Shown here: positions 9,741 through 18,852 of the stretch, piece after piece
How positions within the stretch are numbered: position 1 is the first letter of the stretch
Layout: each line of letters starts with the position of its first letter
The notes under the pieces: generated by a model
Told to the model about the DNA's origin: nothing
The model's input: the letters and a program-made list of their open reading frames with translations, nothing else
The model's database searches: none
Source of the DNA: an uncultured bacterium
Lineage (GTDB): Bacteria > Babelota > Babeliae > Babelales > Babelaceae
DNA: 64,000 bases
Assembly (NCBI GenBank): GCA_963848965.1
Contig: CAWKFG010000001.1
Location: forward strand, 192,001-256,000
Reading direction: 5' to 3'
Program-made: the position numbers and the translations under genes

Positions 9741-10084
9741 AAATCCCCGTAAGCGCGGAAACTGCGTCTTTTAAGACGTAGAGGAGCGCTTGTGATACTA
9801 AGTCGGCAGCAAGAGTAAGTATGAACTTACTCTAGGCTGTACGGCAATCTCCCCTTACGGGGGTAAAGTTAGCCTCGCCAATGTTATAGAGCGGTATGTA
9901 TCAAGAGCACTAGCCTATACCCTCAACTTGTTTAACTCTTGAATTACAGGGCTTGGAACTGGCTTCGCATTCCAAGGTGTGATCTTTAACGCTCCTCTAT
10001 AACGTAGTCCTCTGCGTTCGCTCAGACTTAGGCTGGTCAACGTGAGCTTTTGCAAGCTACGTCCTTTAGGACGTAGTAGTTGAC
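9741..10084 (-). mobile_element. Non-autonomous IS200/IS605 (IscB-type) element with no ORF
   Basis: Minus strand starts GTCAAC. Matching subterminal hairpins CTACGTCCT-AA-AGGACGTAG (10057-10076) and CTACGTCTT-AA-AAGACGCAG (9762-9781). GC-richer than the flanks, with no target duplication. It abuts ATGA. Confidence 0.8.
9855..10084 (-). ncRNA. HEARO / IscB omegaRNA scaffold (3' boundary approximate)
   Basis: The minus strand carries the characteristic motif order GTCAAC..hairpin..GTTGACCAGCCTAAG..GACTACGTT..ACACCTTGGAATGC..GCCAGTTCCAAGCCCTGT..GTTAAACA..AACATTGGCGAGG..TTACC. Recognised by eye; no covariance model was run. Confidence 0.8.
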
Positions 10085-10128
10085 AAAACTCACTTTACTA
10101 CGAGAGCTATTATTTTTTTATACTATTT

Positions 10129-10157
10129 ATAATATATTAAATTGATCTATTTTTCAA
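10129..10157 (-). promoter_or_regulatory. Sigma70-type promoter upstream of the omegaRNA element and zinc-finger gene
   Basis: TTGAAA-17 bp-TATTAT on the minus strand. Confidence 0.45.
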
Positions 10158-10324
10158 GCTTTGAGACAGGTCGCCTCCTTATACTAGAAGGGATATAAAA
10201 GATTTTTTATGAAGCATAGCAGGGAATAATTACTTATTGCAAAATTATTTAATTCTTTTAGACTTAGGAGCATAAAAGTATTTATTATATAATTTTTTAT
10301 CTTTCCTTATATAGTGAGTTCTTA

Positions 10325-12544
10325 ATGAAAAATACTACCCTTTTTCTCCTTACGTTTTTTCTTTATAGCTTTTACATAAGCTGTATGGAAAAAGAAGCTG
10401 GAGACCAGATAGCTCTGCAGCAGAGCAGTCAGCTATCGCTTATTCAGGCTATTGCATCTGGTGAGGTAAAGAAAGCGTTAGAGTTACTAAGAAGTGATGT
10501 TGACATTAATCAAGTGGATAAGTATGGGAACACTCCTTTAATGGCAGCTGCTTGCAAGGGATATATGCAGCTTATAAAGCTTCTCATAAAAAAGGGAGCC
10601 CATCTTGAAGCTGCTGATAATCGAGGAGCAACAGCTTTAATGTATGCTGTAAGTTATGAAAATAAAGAAGCGGTAAAGGAACTTCTTGCTCACGGTGCGA
10701 ATGTAAGAGCTCAAAGCAAGGAGGGAAATACAGTGCTCTTTGCTGCTCTTTCGCATGAAGACGGTGAAATTGTAAAAGAACTTCTTAAAATAGAACCAAA
10801 AATTGTTGATGAATGTTATGGCTCTCATACACCCCTTACTTTTGCTCTTACAAGAGAAGCTTTATCGATGGCGGAGCTATTAGTAGCGTATGATGCTAAT
10901 GTTAATCTTGCAGAAACTAGTAAAGGATTCAGCCCCTTACGAGTGGCTGTAGATAAAGGATATAGAACATTTGTAGAACGTCTTATAAAAAAGGGGGCCC
11001 TAGTAAACCATCAATGTATTGAAGGAAGAACTGCACTTATAAGTGCAGCAAGTAAAGGATATTTACCTATAGTAAGACTATTGATTAATAATGGGGCCAT
11101 AATAGACCTACAGCCACGAGATGGATGGACTGCTTTAATGGATGCTGCTGAAAATGGACATGAGCATATTGTAGCCGAGCTTTTAAAAAGAGGAGCTAAT
11201 GTTGCTTTATGTAACAATAGAAATGGAGAAACAGCAGTTTTAAGTGCTGTAAAAAAAGGTTACTTAGGTATTGTAGAGCTGCTTATGGAGGCGGGTGCAG
11301 ATATTTATGGTAAGACTAACGATAATTGGACTGCATTGACTCTTGCTTGTTGTAATGGGCATAAGATGCTTGTTGAAAAGCTATTAAAGCTTAAGGTTGA
11401 TCCTTGTGTAGCTGATGATGACTATGGCATGACTGCTTTACATATGGCAATCTGCAATGGTCATACTGATGTTGCTCTTATGCTTATTAAAGCACGAGCA
11501 GGGATTGGCTGTAAAAATAAGAGAGGCGAAACACCTTTAATGTCTGCAGCTGTGGGGGGTAATGAAAAAGTAGTAGAGGCGCTTCTTAGTGAAAAAGTAG
11601 ATCTTAATGAAAAAGATGATGAGGGACTTTCTGCTTTAGAGAAGGCAGCGCGAGTGAAAGAGATGGGAACAGTTGATCAGCTTATTAATGCAGGAGCAGC
11701 TTATAATGAATCATCTTTAGAAAAATTTCTTTTAGAAAAGCTACCAAATCAAAGTCCGGAAAAATCTTCTCTTCCATTTACTTTTAAAAGAGTAGGTGAT
11801 GAGGTTATAATGAGTTCGCCGTTTATAGGAAATTCAACTATATTTACTGGCAAATTGGGAATTACAACTGCAGCGCATCTTATTAAAGAGGGATGTATAG
11901 CAGGTGAAGGTTTTAGCAACTTAGAGGATCCAAAGAGAAAAATAGATTTTCTTATAACGTTACTACTGCAAAATAAGCCTGAGTTGGTGCAAAAGCTACT
12001 TAAGCAAGAAGCACTAGATGTTAATACAAAATCAACAGATGGTAAAACTCTTTTAATGGTAGCAGCTCTTCAGAATCAATGTGAGCTCATGCACATGCTT
12101 ATTGAACAAAAGGCTTGCATTACTACTCAAGATGATAATGGTGATACGGCTCTTACTCTTGCTATTCTTAAAGGCTATTATAGACCAGTTATATTACTTA
12201 TTTCTTCTGGCGCAGATATTACAGAAACGGTACCTTTTTTTTGCATGCTTGTAAAGAAAGGATATCTTGATGTTCTTAATGCACTTATAGAATATGGGGC
12301 ACCTGATACAAGAGGCTACAGCGAGCTTATACATCTTCTTAAAGAAAGAGAACTTTCTTTGCGGTTCGATAGTTGTTTATATTGTAAGGCACTAGCTCCA
12401 GCGTCTACTCGTGCAAAGCAGTGTGGTCGATGCCTATTTGTACGATACTGCTCAGCTACATGTCAAAAAGAAGATTGGCCTACGCATAAACATATATGTT
12501 CTCAACTTAAAGAACTAGTTCAAAAGTTAAGAGCTACTACTTAA
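10325..12544 (+). CDS. Secreted ankyrin-repeat protein with C-terminal MYND zinc finger
   Basis: Signal peptide, more than 12 ankyrin repeats, and CLYC...CGRC...YCSATCQKEDWPTHKHIC. Confidence 0.9.
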   Translation: MKNTTLFLLTFFLYSFYISCMEKEAGDQIALQQSSQLSLIQAIASGEVKKALELLRSDVDINQVDKYGNTPLMAAACKGYMQLIKLLIKKGAHLEAADNRGATALMYAVSYENKEAVKELLAHGANVRAQSKEGNTVLFAALSHEDGEIVKELLKIEPKIVDECYGSHTPLTFALTREALSMAELLVAYDANVNLAETSKGFSPLRVAVDKGYRTFVERLIKKGALVNHQCIEGRTALISAASKGYLPIVRLLINNGAIIDLQPRDGWTALMDAAENGHEHIVAELLKRGANVALCNNRNGETAVLSAVKKGYLGIVELLMEAGADIYGKTNDNWTALTLACCNGHKMLVEKLLKLKVDPCVADDDYGMTALHMAICNGHTDVALMLIKARAGIGCKNKRGETPLMSAAVGGNEKVVEALLSEKVDLNEKDDEGLSALEKAARVKEMGTVDQLINAGAAYNESSLEKFLLEKLPNQSPEKSSLPFTFKRVGDEVIMSSPFIGNSTIFTGKLGITTAAHLIKEGCIAGEGFSNLEDPKRKIDFLITLLLQNKPELVQKLLKQEALDVNTKSTDGKTLLMVAALQNQCELMHMLIEQKACITTQDDNGDTALTLAILKGYYRPVILLISSGADITETVPFFCMLVKKGYLDVLNALIEYGAPDTRGYSELIHLLKERELSLRFDSCLYCKALAPASTRAKQCGRCLFVRYCSATCQKEDWPTHKHICSQLKELVQKLRATT

Positions 12545-12554
12545 CATGCATAAT

Positions 12555-13346
12555 TTATTGACTTATAACAGGCGCTTTTACTGCAGCATTACGTAAAAGT
12601 TTAACAACTTCGGTATTGCCTTTCTCTTGAGCAAGAGCAAGAGCAGTTTTGCCAGATGGATCTGTTAAAGTAATATCGGCTCCTTTTGCTAGTAATAATG
12701 ATACTGCTTCTGGAAAATGGTGTATTGCAAAAGTTAAAGGAGTATATTGACTATAGCGTTGGTTAACATCTGCTCGTTGGTCAAGTAAATATTTTACTAT
12801 ATCTAAGTGATGCTGGTGCATTGCAGCGTAAAGAGGAGGAATGAGAGATGAAAAGTGCCCATTAATATCTGCACTCTGACTCAAAAGCTCTTTGATGGTA
12901 TTAAGATTGCCTTCATAGGCAGCTGCCATAAGTTTGCGATCTTGTTGTGCTCTTTTTTGTTGCTCATCAAGCCATGCTTTGGCATTAAGAGCTTGTGCTA
13001 TTTGTTCTCTTGTATGGTAGGTGATTAATGGTCCAGGTTGAAATGTTGGCGGAGCTCCAGGTGGTGGTGTTTGTGGCTCAGATGTATAAGGAAACTTTGT
13101 ATAAAGAGTTTCTATAAGGACCTTCATAAAATCAGCGTTGCTTTGAGGAAGTGGAAGTTTGTGTAGTCTTTTTAGAGCTTCATTTAATGTTTTTGCTGAA
13201 GTTATAATTTTTTCAACTCCTTGCCACATGCTGTGATGCGTAACTTCTTTAATAGGACTATCTTGAGCACTAGGTTCCATTGCTTGTGTATTAACACTAG
13301 TGATTAATGTATATAACGGTAAAATGAATATATATTTTTTTAACAT
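12555..13346 (-). CDS. Secreted ankyrin-repeat protein
   Basis: Signal peptide from ATG 13346 (GAGG upstream). Shares the KTLxEAL..KLPL..KFPY block and ankyrin C-terminus with 7694..8488. Confidence 0.8.
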   Translation of the reverse strand: MLKKYIFILPLYTLITSVNTQAMEPSAQDSPIKEVTHHSMWQGVEKIITSAKTLNEALKRLHKLPLPQSNADFMKVLIETLYTKFPYTSEPQTPPPGAPPTFQPGPLITYHTREQIAQALNAKAWLDEQQKRAQQDRKLMAAAYEGNLNTIKELLSQSADINGHFSSLIPPLYAAMHQHHLDIVKYLLDQRADVNQRYSQYTPLTFAIHHFPEAVSLLLAKGADITLTDPSGKTALALAQEKGNTEVVKLLRNAAVKAPVISQ

Positions 13347-13457
13347 AACAACCTCTTGATTTATTTCTATTATTAACATAATAATAAGGCTTTTTATTTC
13401 ATAATGTCAAGAGCTTAACAGAGAATAGTCTTTTAGAGCGGTGCTATAAGAAAATTA

Positions 13458-13486
13458 AAGGCTCTTTGTTCAAAACAAAGAGCCTT
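13458..13486 (-). terminator. Intrinsic terminator after the ABC transporter operon
   Basis: AAGGCTCTTTGTT-CAA-AACAAAGAGCCTT, a perfect 13-bp stem. Confidence 0.7.
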
Positions 13487-13489
13487 ATG

Positions 13490-14299
13490 TTAATAATGAC
13501 CAAGGGTACCGGTGCGTTGTGCCCATTTCTCACATCGCTTGAAAACAATGCATCCAAGAGCAAGATAAAAGAGTGAATTAACAGTTAGTAAGGCAAGGCT
13601 GCCATCACGTACTACTTCTATGAGAGTTTGATTATTAAATATAAGAGCTCGTAGTACACTTATCCCCTGAGTGGTAGGTAGTGTTTTACTGATAATTTGT
13701 ACCCATACTGGCATACGCTCAAGAGGCAAAATAGAACCATTGAGGAAAAGTAATATATTGTTAATTAAATAGGCAAAAGGGCCTGACTTTTTAAAAATAA
13801 GGCCAAGTCCTGCAAGCATAAGAGCGAATCCAGCAATTCCAATAAGGGAGATAAAGAAGGTGATAAAAGCTCCTATACTTAAAGGAATCTTAAGAGGCCA
13901 CCAAATTAAAAGTGCACTCATAACAAGTCCCAGTTCAATAGAGCAGAAGATCATGGCTGCAAAAAAGCGGCTTATGAGTTTAAAATAGAATGGAGCAGGA
14001 CTTAGGTAGACCTGTTCTAATACTCCCGTTTGTGAGCTGTCTATAATAAATGAGTTCGCATCATAGATAAAATAGTTTGCATATGCCCAAATAAGGTACC
14101 CTACAATAAGAGGGGCAACTTTTTCAGGGGCAATGGTTCCTCCATCAATAAGTAACATCCAGAAGATAAAATCTGCTGCTGTATTAAATGCATTTGTAAG
14201 GTAGTTCCATTTGTAGTGCCAATACATAATTGAGAAAAGATAGATCTCATTTAAAAATAGTAAAGGCAATGATACAACATGGGAAAATGTAGTACTCAT
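13490..14299 (-). CDS. ABC-2 type transporter permease
   Basis: About 6 TM segments, GVLEQVYLSP, LNGSILPLERMPVWVQIISKTLPTT. Confidence 0.85.
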   Translation of the reverse strand: MSTTFSHVVSLPLLFLNEIYLFSIMYWHYKWNYLTNAFNTAADFIFWMLLIDGGTIAPEKVAPLIVGYLIWAYANYFIYDANSFIIDSSQTGVLEQVYLSPAPFYFKLISRFFAAMIFCSIELGLVMSALLIWWPLKIPLSIGAFITFFISLIGIAGFALMLAGLGLIFKKSGPFAYLINNILLFLNGSILPLERMPVWVQIISKTLPTTQGISVLRALIFNNQTLIEVVRDGSLALLTVNSLFYLALGCIVFKRCEKWAQRTGTLGHY

Positions 14300-14396
14300 G
14301 AGCGTCTATAAAGCTCCTCCATTTTAATGGTGGTACATGCTATTGCTACTGTAGCATAGCTTTTAGAAGAAAAGTAAAGAAATCTCTGTAAGAACT

Positions 14397-15341
14397 TCAA
14401 GCAGAATCCTTTTTTGTCAGATGCATGAATACCTCTTCTAAATTATTTTTTGTACGAGTTACTGATACCAGTGGTAAATCGTGGTTACGTATAATAGCTA
14501 ATTTATGATATAGTTCCTGTTGATCGAGAATTGCTCCTGTAAAAATAGTGTGATCTTCACGTTCTATTACCTGCATATCTGGAAGTATTAGTGAACTATC
14601 TTTAATTTTTCCAGCAATAGTAATCTCATAGTGCTCTTCATGAAACACTTTAAGAAGCTCTTTAGTAGGTTTATCTGCAATCAACTTGCCTTTATTTATA
14701 ATAACGATGCGATCGCATACATGCTCTGCAATATCAAGTTGGTGTGTTGTAAGTACAATAGTTTTTTGTTCATGTTGTGCTAGATGAGCGATCCACTGCT
14801 TAATAGTGCGAGCAGCTTTTACATCGAGTCCAAGAGTAGGTTCATCAAGAAGAAGTATTGGCGGATTTGCAATCGCTGAACATGCAATAGCAACTTTTTG
14901 CTGACTTCCTCGAGAGAAATGCTCTACAGGATCATCTTTGCGTGCTGTAAGTTCAAGTGCATCAAGAAGCTTTTCAGCTTGATCAGTAAGAGCTTTGCCT
15001 GTAATGCCTTTAAGTCTTCCAAAATACATGAGGTTTTGCCATGGAGAAAGCTGCCAGTAAATATTACGTGTACCCTCTAGTACGGCACCAATCTGTCGTA
15101 TTGCTTCATGTCTATTACGTTCTAAAGAATAGCCATTCAGCTTTACTGTTCCGTGAGTAGGCAAAATAAGATTACAAATCATTTTAATAGTAGTAGTCTT
15201 ACCAGCACCATTAGGGCCTAGAAAGCCAATTACTTGGCCTTGTGGTACTGTTAAAGACAAGGTATCAACTGCTTTAAACGGAGTACCATTCTTTTTAATG
15301 TATGTTTTGCTGAGCTCATGAAGCTCAAGTGCCAGAGTCAT
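14397..15341 (-). CDS. ABC transporter ATP-binding protein
   Basis: GPNGAGKTT, FSRGSQQK, LLLDEPTLGLD, TTH. Confidence 0.95.
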   Translation of the reverse strand: MTLALELHELSKTYIKKNGTPFKAVDTLSLTVPQGQVIGFLGPNGAGKTTTIKMICNLILPTHGTVKLNGYSLERNRHEAIRQIGAVLEGTRNIYWQLSPWQNLMYFGRLKGITGKALTDQAEKLLDALELTARKDDPVEHFSRGSQQKVAIACSAIANPPILLLDEPTLGLDVKAARTIKQWIAHLAQHEQKTIVLTTHQLDIAEHVCDRIVIINKGKLIADKPTKELLKVFHEEHYEITIAGKIKDSSLILPDMQVIEREDHTIFTGAILDQQELYHKLAIIRNHDLPLVSVTRTKNNLEEVFMHLTKKDSA

Positions 15342-15467
15342 TATTGTTCCTATATAAAGGTATCTCTAATTAAAAATATGCCAAAGCTTTGCAGCAATGG
15401 CAAGAATTTAAAAAATATGGCAGAATAAAAAAGCACCCCCGTTAAAATTTTATGATTAAGGTTACTT

Positions 15468-16388
15468 ATGTTTTTACTTATCATTATGAATCTTTCCTAT
15501 GCGCTCTTATTCCCGTTAAGTAAAATTGCGCTTGATTATTCTTCACCTATTTTCTTAACCGGTTTTCGTATGACATTAGCCGGTATTCTTGTATTACTTT
15601 ACCAGTATTTTTTTAGGCGGCAACAGTTTACTTTACCTCGCCATCACTTTTGGCCCTTTTTTCTTTCATCATTTTTGGGCATCTATGTAACAAATGTGTT
15701 GGATTTTTGGGGCTTTACCTATATGACAGCAACAAAAAGTTGCTTTCTGTATAACCTCTATCCTTTTGCTGCAGCATTTTTTGCATGGTTCTATTTTTCT
15801 GAGCGTTTAAGCACAAGAAAATGGCTTGGTCTTGGATGCGGATTTTTAGGAGCCCTACCAATGATCTTTTCAAGTCAGCAAGTTGAATCAATACCCGTTT
15901 TTGGTGGCTCTCTTCCTCTTCCTGAACTTGCTGTTATTGTTGCTATTATTGCAAGTACCTATGGATGTGTATTTACCCGGCAGCTTGTGTGTCAAGAAGG
16001 CTATGATTCGGTGATGGTTAATGGAAGTATTATGCTCATGGGTGGTATTATGGCTCTTGCCCACTCTTTGCTTGTTGAACAATGGCATCCTTTACCAATT
16101 AGTAATGTGAAGGGCTTCTTCTTAAGCTCATTAGGTATGATGCTTGTTTCAAATGTTATAGGCAATACTGCTTATGTTGAACTTTTACGTCGCTATTCTA
16201 TGACATTCTTATCATTTACTGCCTTTAGTGAACCACTGCTAACAGCTATTTTTGACTGGCTATTCTTTAACATTAAAGTAGGTTACACATTTTATCTTTC
16301 TGTTGCAGTCGTATTTGTAGGACTCTACCTTTTTTATAAGGAGGAGCTTGAACTTAAAGGACATAAAGATCCTGTAGATGCCGTTTGA
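15468..16388 (+). CDS. EamA/DMT family transporter
   Basis: About 10 TM segments in two EamA-like halves, with FRM..AG and FSERL motifs. Confidence 0.85.
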   Translation: MFLLIIMNLSYALLFPLSKIALDYSSPIFLTGFRMTLAGILVLLYQYFFRRQQFTLPRHHFWPFFLSSFLGIYVTNVLDFWGFTYMTATKSCFLYNLYPFAAAFFAWFYFSERLSTRKWLGLGCGFLGALPMIFSSQQVESIPVFGGSLPLPELAVIVAIIASTYGCVFTRQLVCQEGYDSVMVNGSIMLMGGIMALAHSLLVEQWHPLPISNVKGFFLSSLGMMLVSNVIGNTAYVELLRRYSMTFLSFTAFSEPLLTAIFDWLFFNIKVGYTFYLSVAVVFVGLYLFYKEELELKGHKDPVDAV

Positions 16389-17243
16389 GTTTCTTGTAGT
16401 TCCGTTTTTCTAAAAGTATGCCATGCATGCCATTCTTTTGAGCGCTTTCTATGTTTTCTCGTTGATCATCAATAAGGATACAATCGGTAGGTGTAACCTT
16501 ATATTTTTTAATAAAATGTTCATAAATACTTTTATGCGGCTTGAGAGTGCCAATATCGCCAGAGATAAGTATATTATCTGGATCAACAAATTGCAGTATC
16601 TTTTGAAATCCTCTTGAAAGAGAAAGGTCTTTAAAAGAATCAGGATCCCAATTTGAAAGAATGTAAAGCTTGTGACGTGGGTTGCCATGTTCATCAGATT
16701 GCAGTGCACATTCTCGTAAAATTTTTAGTGCTTTTCTTATAGGGCGCATATGTTTTGCAAGTGTTTGAGGATTAAACATAGCCTCTAACGTCTTTTTTAC
16801 AAGGCGCTTTTGACGAGCACTAATAAAGAAGCCTGCTTGATCATATTCTTCAATACGCTGTGCAACTTTATGGCATATTTTTGCACCACTTTCTTTGCCT
16901 GTAAGCCAATCGCACATAATGGTAGGGAGTACTCTTCCTTCAGATGTGGCCAAAGAACATAGTCTCTCCTTTTTGTGGCTCTGCAAGTGAATCTAAGACT
17001 AGCAAAAACGATGTTTTTAATGTGTAGAGGATTTTTCCAATCAAGAAGGGGATAGAGAAGAAAATCTTTCCAGCCAATTTCTGAGGCGAAACTAAAAATA
17101 TTTGTAGAAACAAGGGTATTGCCAAGATCCCAAATAATTACTTTAGGACGGGAAGACACTGCCTGAGAAGGTAAATTACTAAGAATCATAGGGCACATCA
17201 CAATGCTGAGGGATAAAGCTTTCGTTATCATATAAAAAGTCAA
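16354..17243 (-). pseudogene. HAD-superfamily hydrolase split by frameshift(s) near 16950-17002
   Basis: Motif I VIIWDLGNTL is in the 16797..17243 frame. LSNWD, KPHKSIY and ILIDD are in the 16354..16986 frame. Confidence 0.75.
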
Positions 17244-17358
17244 CTCATTCAGCCTTAGTAGACTGCATTACTCTATAGTATAAAATCGAGAAAAATGGTA
17301 CAATAGTATATATAAATAGTGTAACCAATCTATGTATTACGTCAATAGAGTGGAGAAA

Positions 17359-17727
17359 ATGGATCTGTATCAACAAGAACTTATGGATCATTACCGATAT
17401 CCTCGCAATAGAGGGATTTTAGAAAATCCTAGCTTTGCTAGTGAAGTGCTTAATCCATCATGCGGAGACCAAATCTCTTTTCAAGGCATTGTAGAAGATG
17501 GCAGAGTAACAGCTCTTAAGTTTGGAGGCAAAGGATGCGTTATTAGTCAAGCTGCAGCTTCTATGCTTTCTGAAAAAGGGATTAATCAGCCTCTTTCAGT
17601 TATACAAGAATGGGGTAAGGATACTATGCTGTCTTTGGTCCGTATTCCATTAGGCCCTACTCGTTTGCGTTGTGCTCTTCTTCCTTTAGAAGCGCTTCAA
17701 TCAGGAATAGCTTCTCGTTTTACATAA
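17359..17727 (+). CDS. SufU/IscU-type Fe-S cluster scaffold protein
   Basis: MDHYRYPRNRG, NPSCGD, GCVISQAAAS, RLRCALL. GGAG precedes ATG 17359. Confidence 0.9.
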   Translation: MDLYQQELMDHYRYPRNRGILENPSFASEVLNPSCGDQISFQGIVEDGRVTALKFGGKGCVISQAAASMLSEKGINQPLSVIQEWGKDTMLSLVRIPLGPTRLRCALLPLEALQSGIASRFT

Positions 17728-17975
17728 TCTAGGTTAACTGGCTCTGGAATTTCCTCGCCTTCTTGTAGATAAAGCTCGAATAACGTAGCCATAATCTCTT
17801 TGAGAGATTTCATCGCTTCCTCAAGAGAGTATGCGTCTGTGCCTATACGCGGCAGTTCGTTAACATGCACAATGTAAAGAGTCTTTTCATCTTCTTGAGC
17901 TGTTTCAATTGTATACGTCCAAGGAAGATTAAGATAATAATTTATATCTTTTTTATTTTTCTTTTGGATAACCAT
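17697..17975 (-). CDS. HicB-family antitoxin-like protein
   Basis: YYLNLPWTYTIE...VNELP....A.SLEEA...LKE......GEEIPEP. Confidence 0.7.
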   Translation of the reverse strand: MVIQKKNKKDINYYLNLPWTYTIETAQEDEKTLYIVHVNELPRIGTDAYSLEEAMKSLKEIMATLFELYLQEGEEIPEPVNLDYVKREAIPD

Positions 17976-18014
17976 TATTAACAAGCACCTCTTTGCAGAC
18001 AGTATATTCGTTGT

Positions 18015-18749
18015 TCAATTAGTACTGTTTATAAATCTAAAACATTTAGTAGCATCTAATTTATTTCCAAATTTTAGAAAATCTCTTGCAATTTTTCCAA
18101 CATAATGGGGATCCATTGTGCTACCCATTTCCTTTACTGCACAATAGGCAGAGCAATAGGCAAATCCATAAACTATGGCGGCACCGAATTCATCAACGTT
18201 GATGCCATATTTTTTTGCTTCTTCTCCAGTGGATTTCATCTCTTTTTCTACTTTTTCTATATCTGGCATGAATATTTTATAGATCATTGGTTTAAAGAAA
18301 TCTGATCCAACTTCTTTATCATAGTAATCGTATAAAATGGAATAATATAAGGCTAAAATGATGGCGCTTTGTGTTTCATTTAAATGAGCATCTTTAATCA
18401 TTTTTTTTATAGCAATAGTCTTTAATCTATCTCTTCGTCCACGTATAAACTGATTTGCTGCGGACTTATTAGCGCTAAATTTTTTGTTGGCCTTCTGTTG
18501 TACGTCTTGAGAAATACTATTAGGCATACGTATGCTATATATTTTTTTTTCTAAAGCAGCTATTTCTTTTTGGTTATGTAACTGATGAGCAATAGCATAG
18601 TGAAAAATCAAATCTACTGCTTTTGTTCCTTCATGATAATAATCATGGTTTGTAGAGTATCTCGCAGGTTTGCAGTATACGTTATTGAAGAAAGAAAAAG
18701 TAATTAAAGATGGCAGTAAAAAGAAAGCTCTTAGAAGAAAATTAAACAT
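18015..18749 (-). CDS. Hypothetical protein with signal peptide
   Basis: 244-aa ORF with hydrophobic N-terminus and GAGGG RBS. Confidence 0.65.
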   Translation of the reverse strand: MFNFLLRAFFLLPSLITFSFFNNVYCKPARYSTNHDYYHEGTKAVDLIFHYAIAHQLHNQKEIAALEKKIYSIRMPNSISQDVQQKANKKFSANKSAANQFIRGRRDRLKTIAIKKMIKDAHLNETQSAIILALYYSILYDYYDKEVGSDFFKPMIYKIFMPDIEKVEKEMKSTGEEAKKYGINVDEFGAAIVYGFAYCSAYCAVKEMGSTMDPHYVGKIARDFLKFGNKLDATKCFRFINSTN

Positions 18750-18852
18750 GTGAATCCCTCAATGATATGATTGTAAAATTACTAACACTAATTTAATAAG
18801 GGTTGGCAAGTATTGCAAACGGTTACTTTAATTAAAATAGTGAATGAAAAAC

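Noticed and set aside
10310..10330. Start region of the 10325 gene as a second target of the omegaRNA guide
   Set aside because: It shares only AGTGAGTT with the predicted guide, with mismatches and altered spacing next to the ATGA, so it is not a credible seed match.
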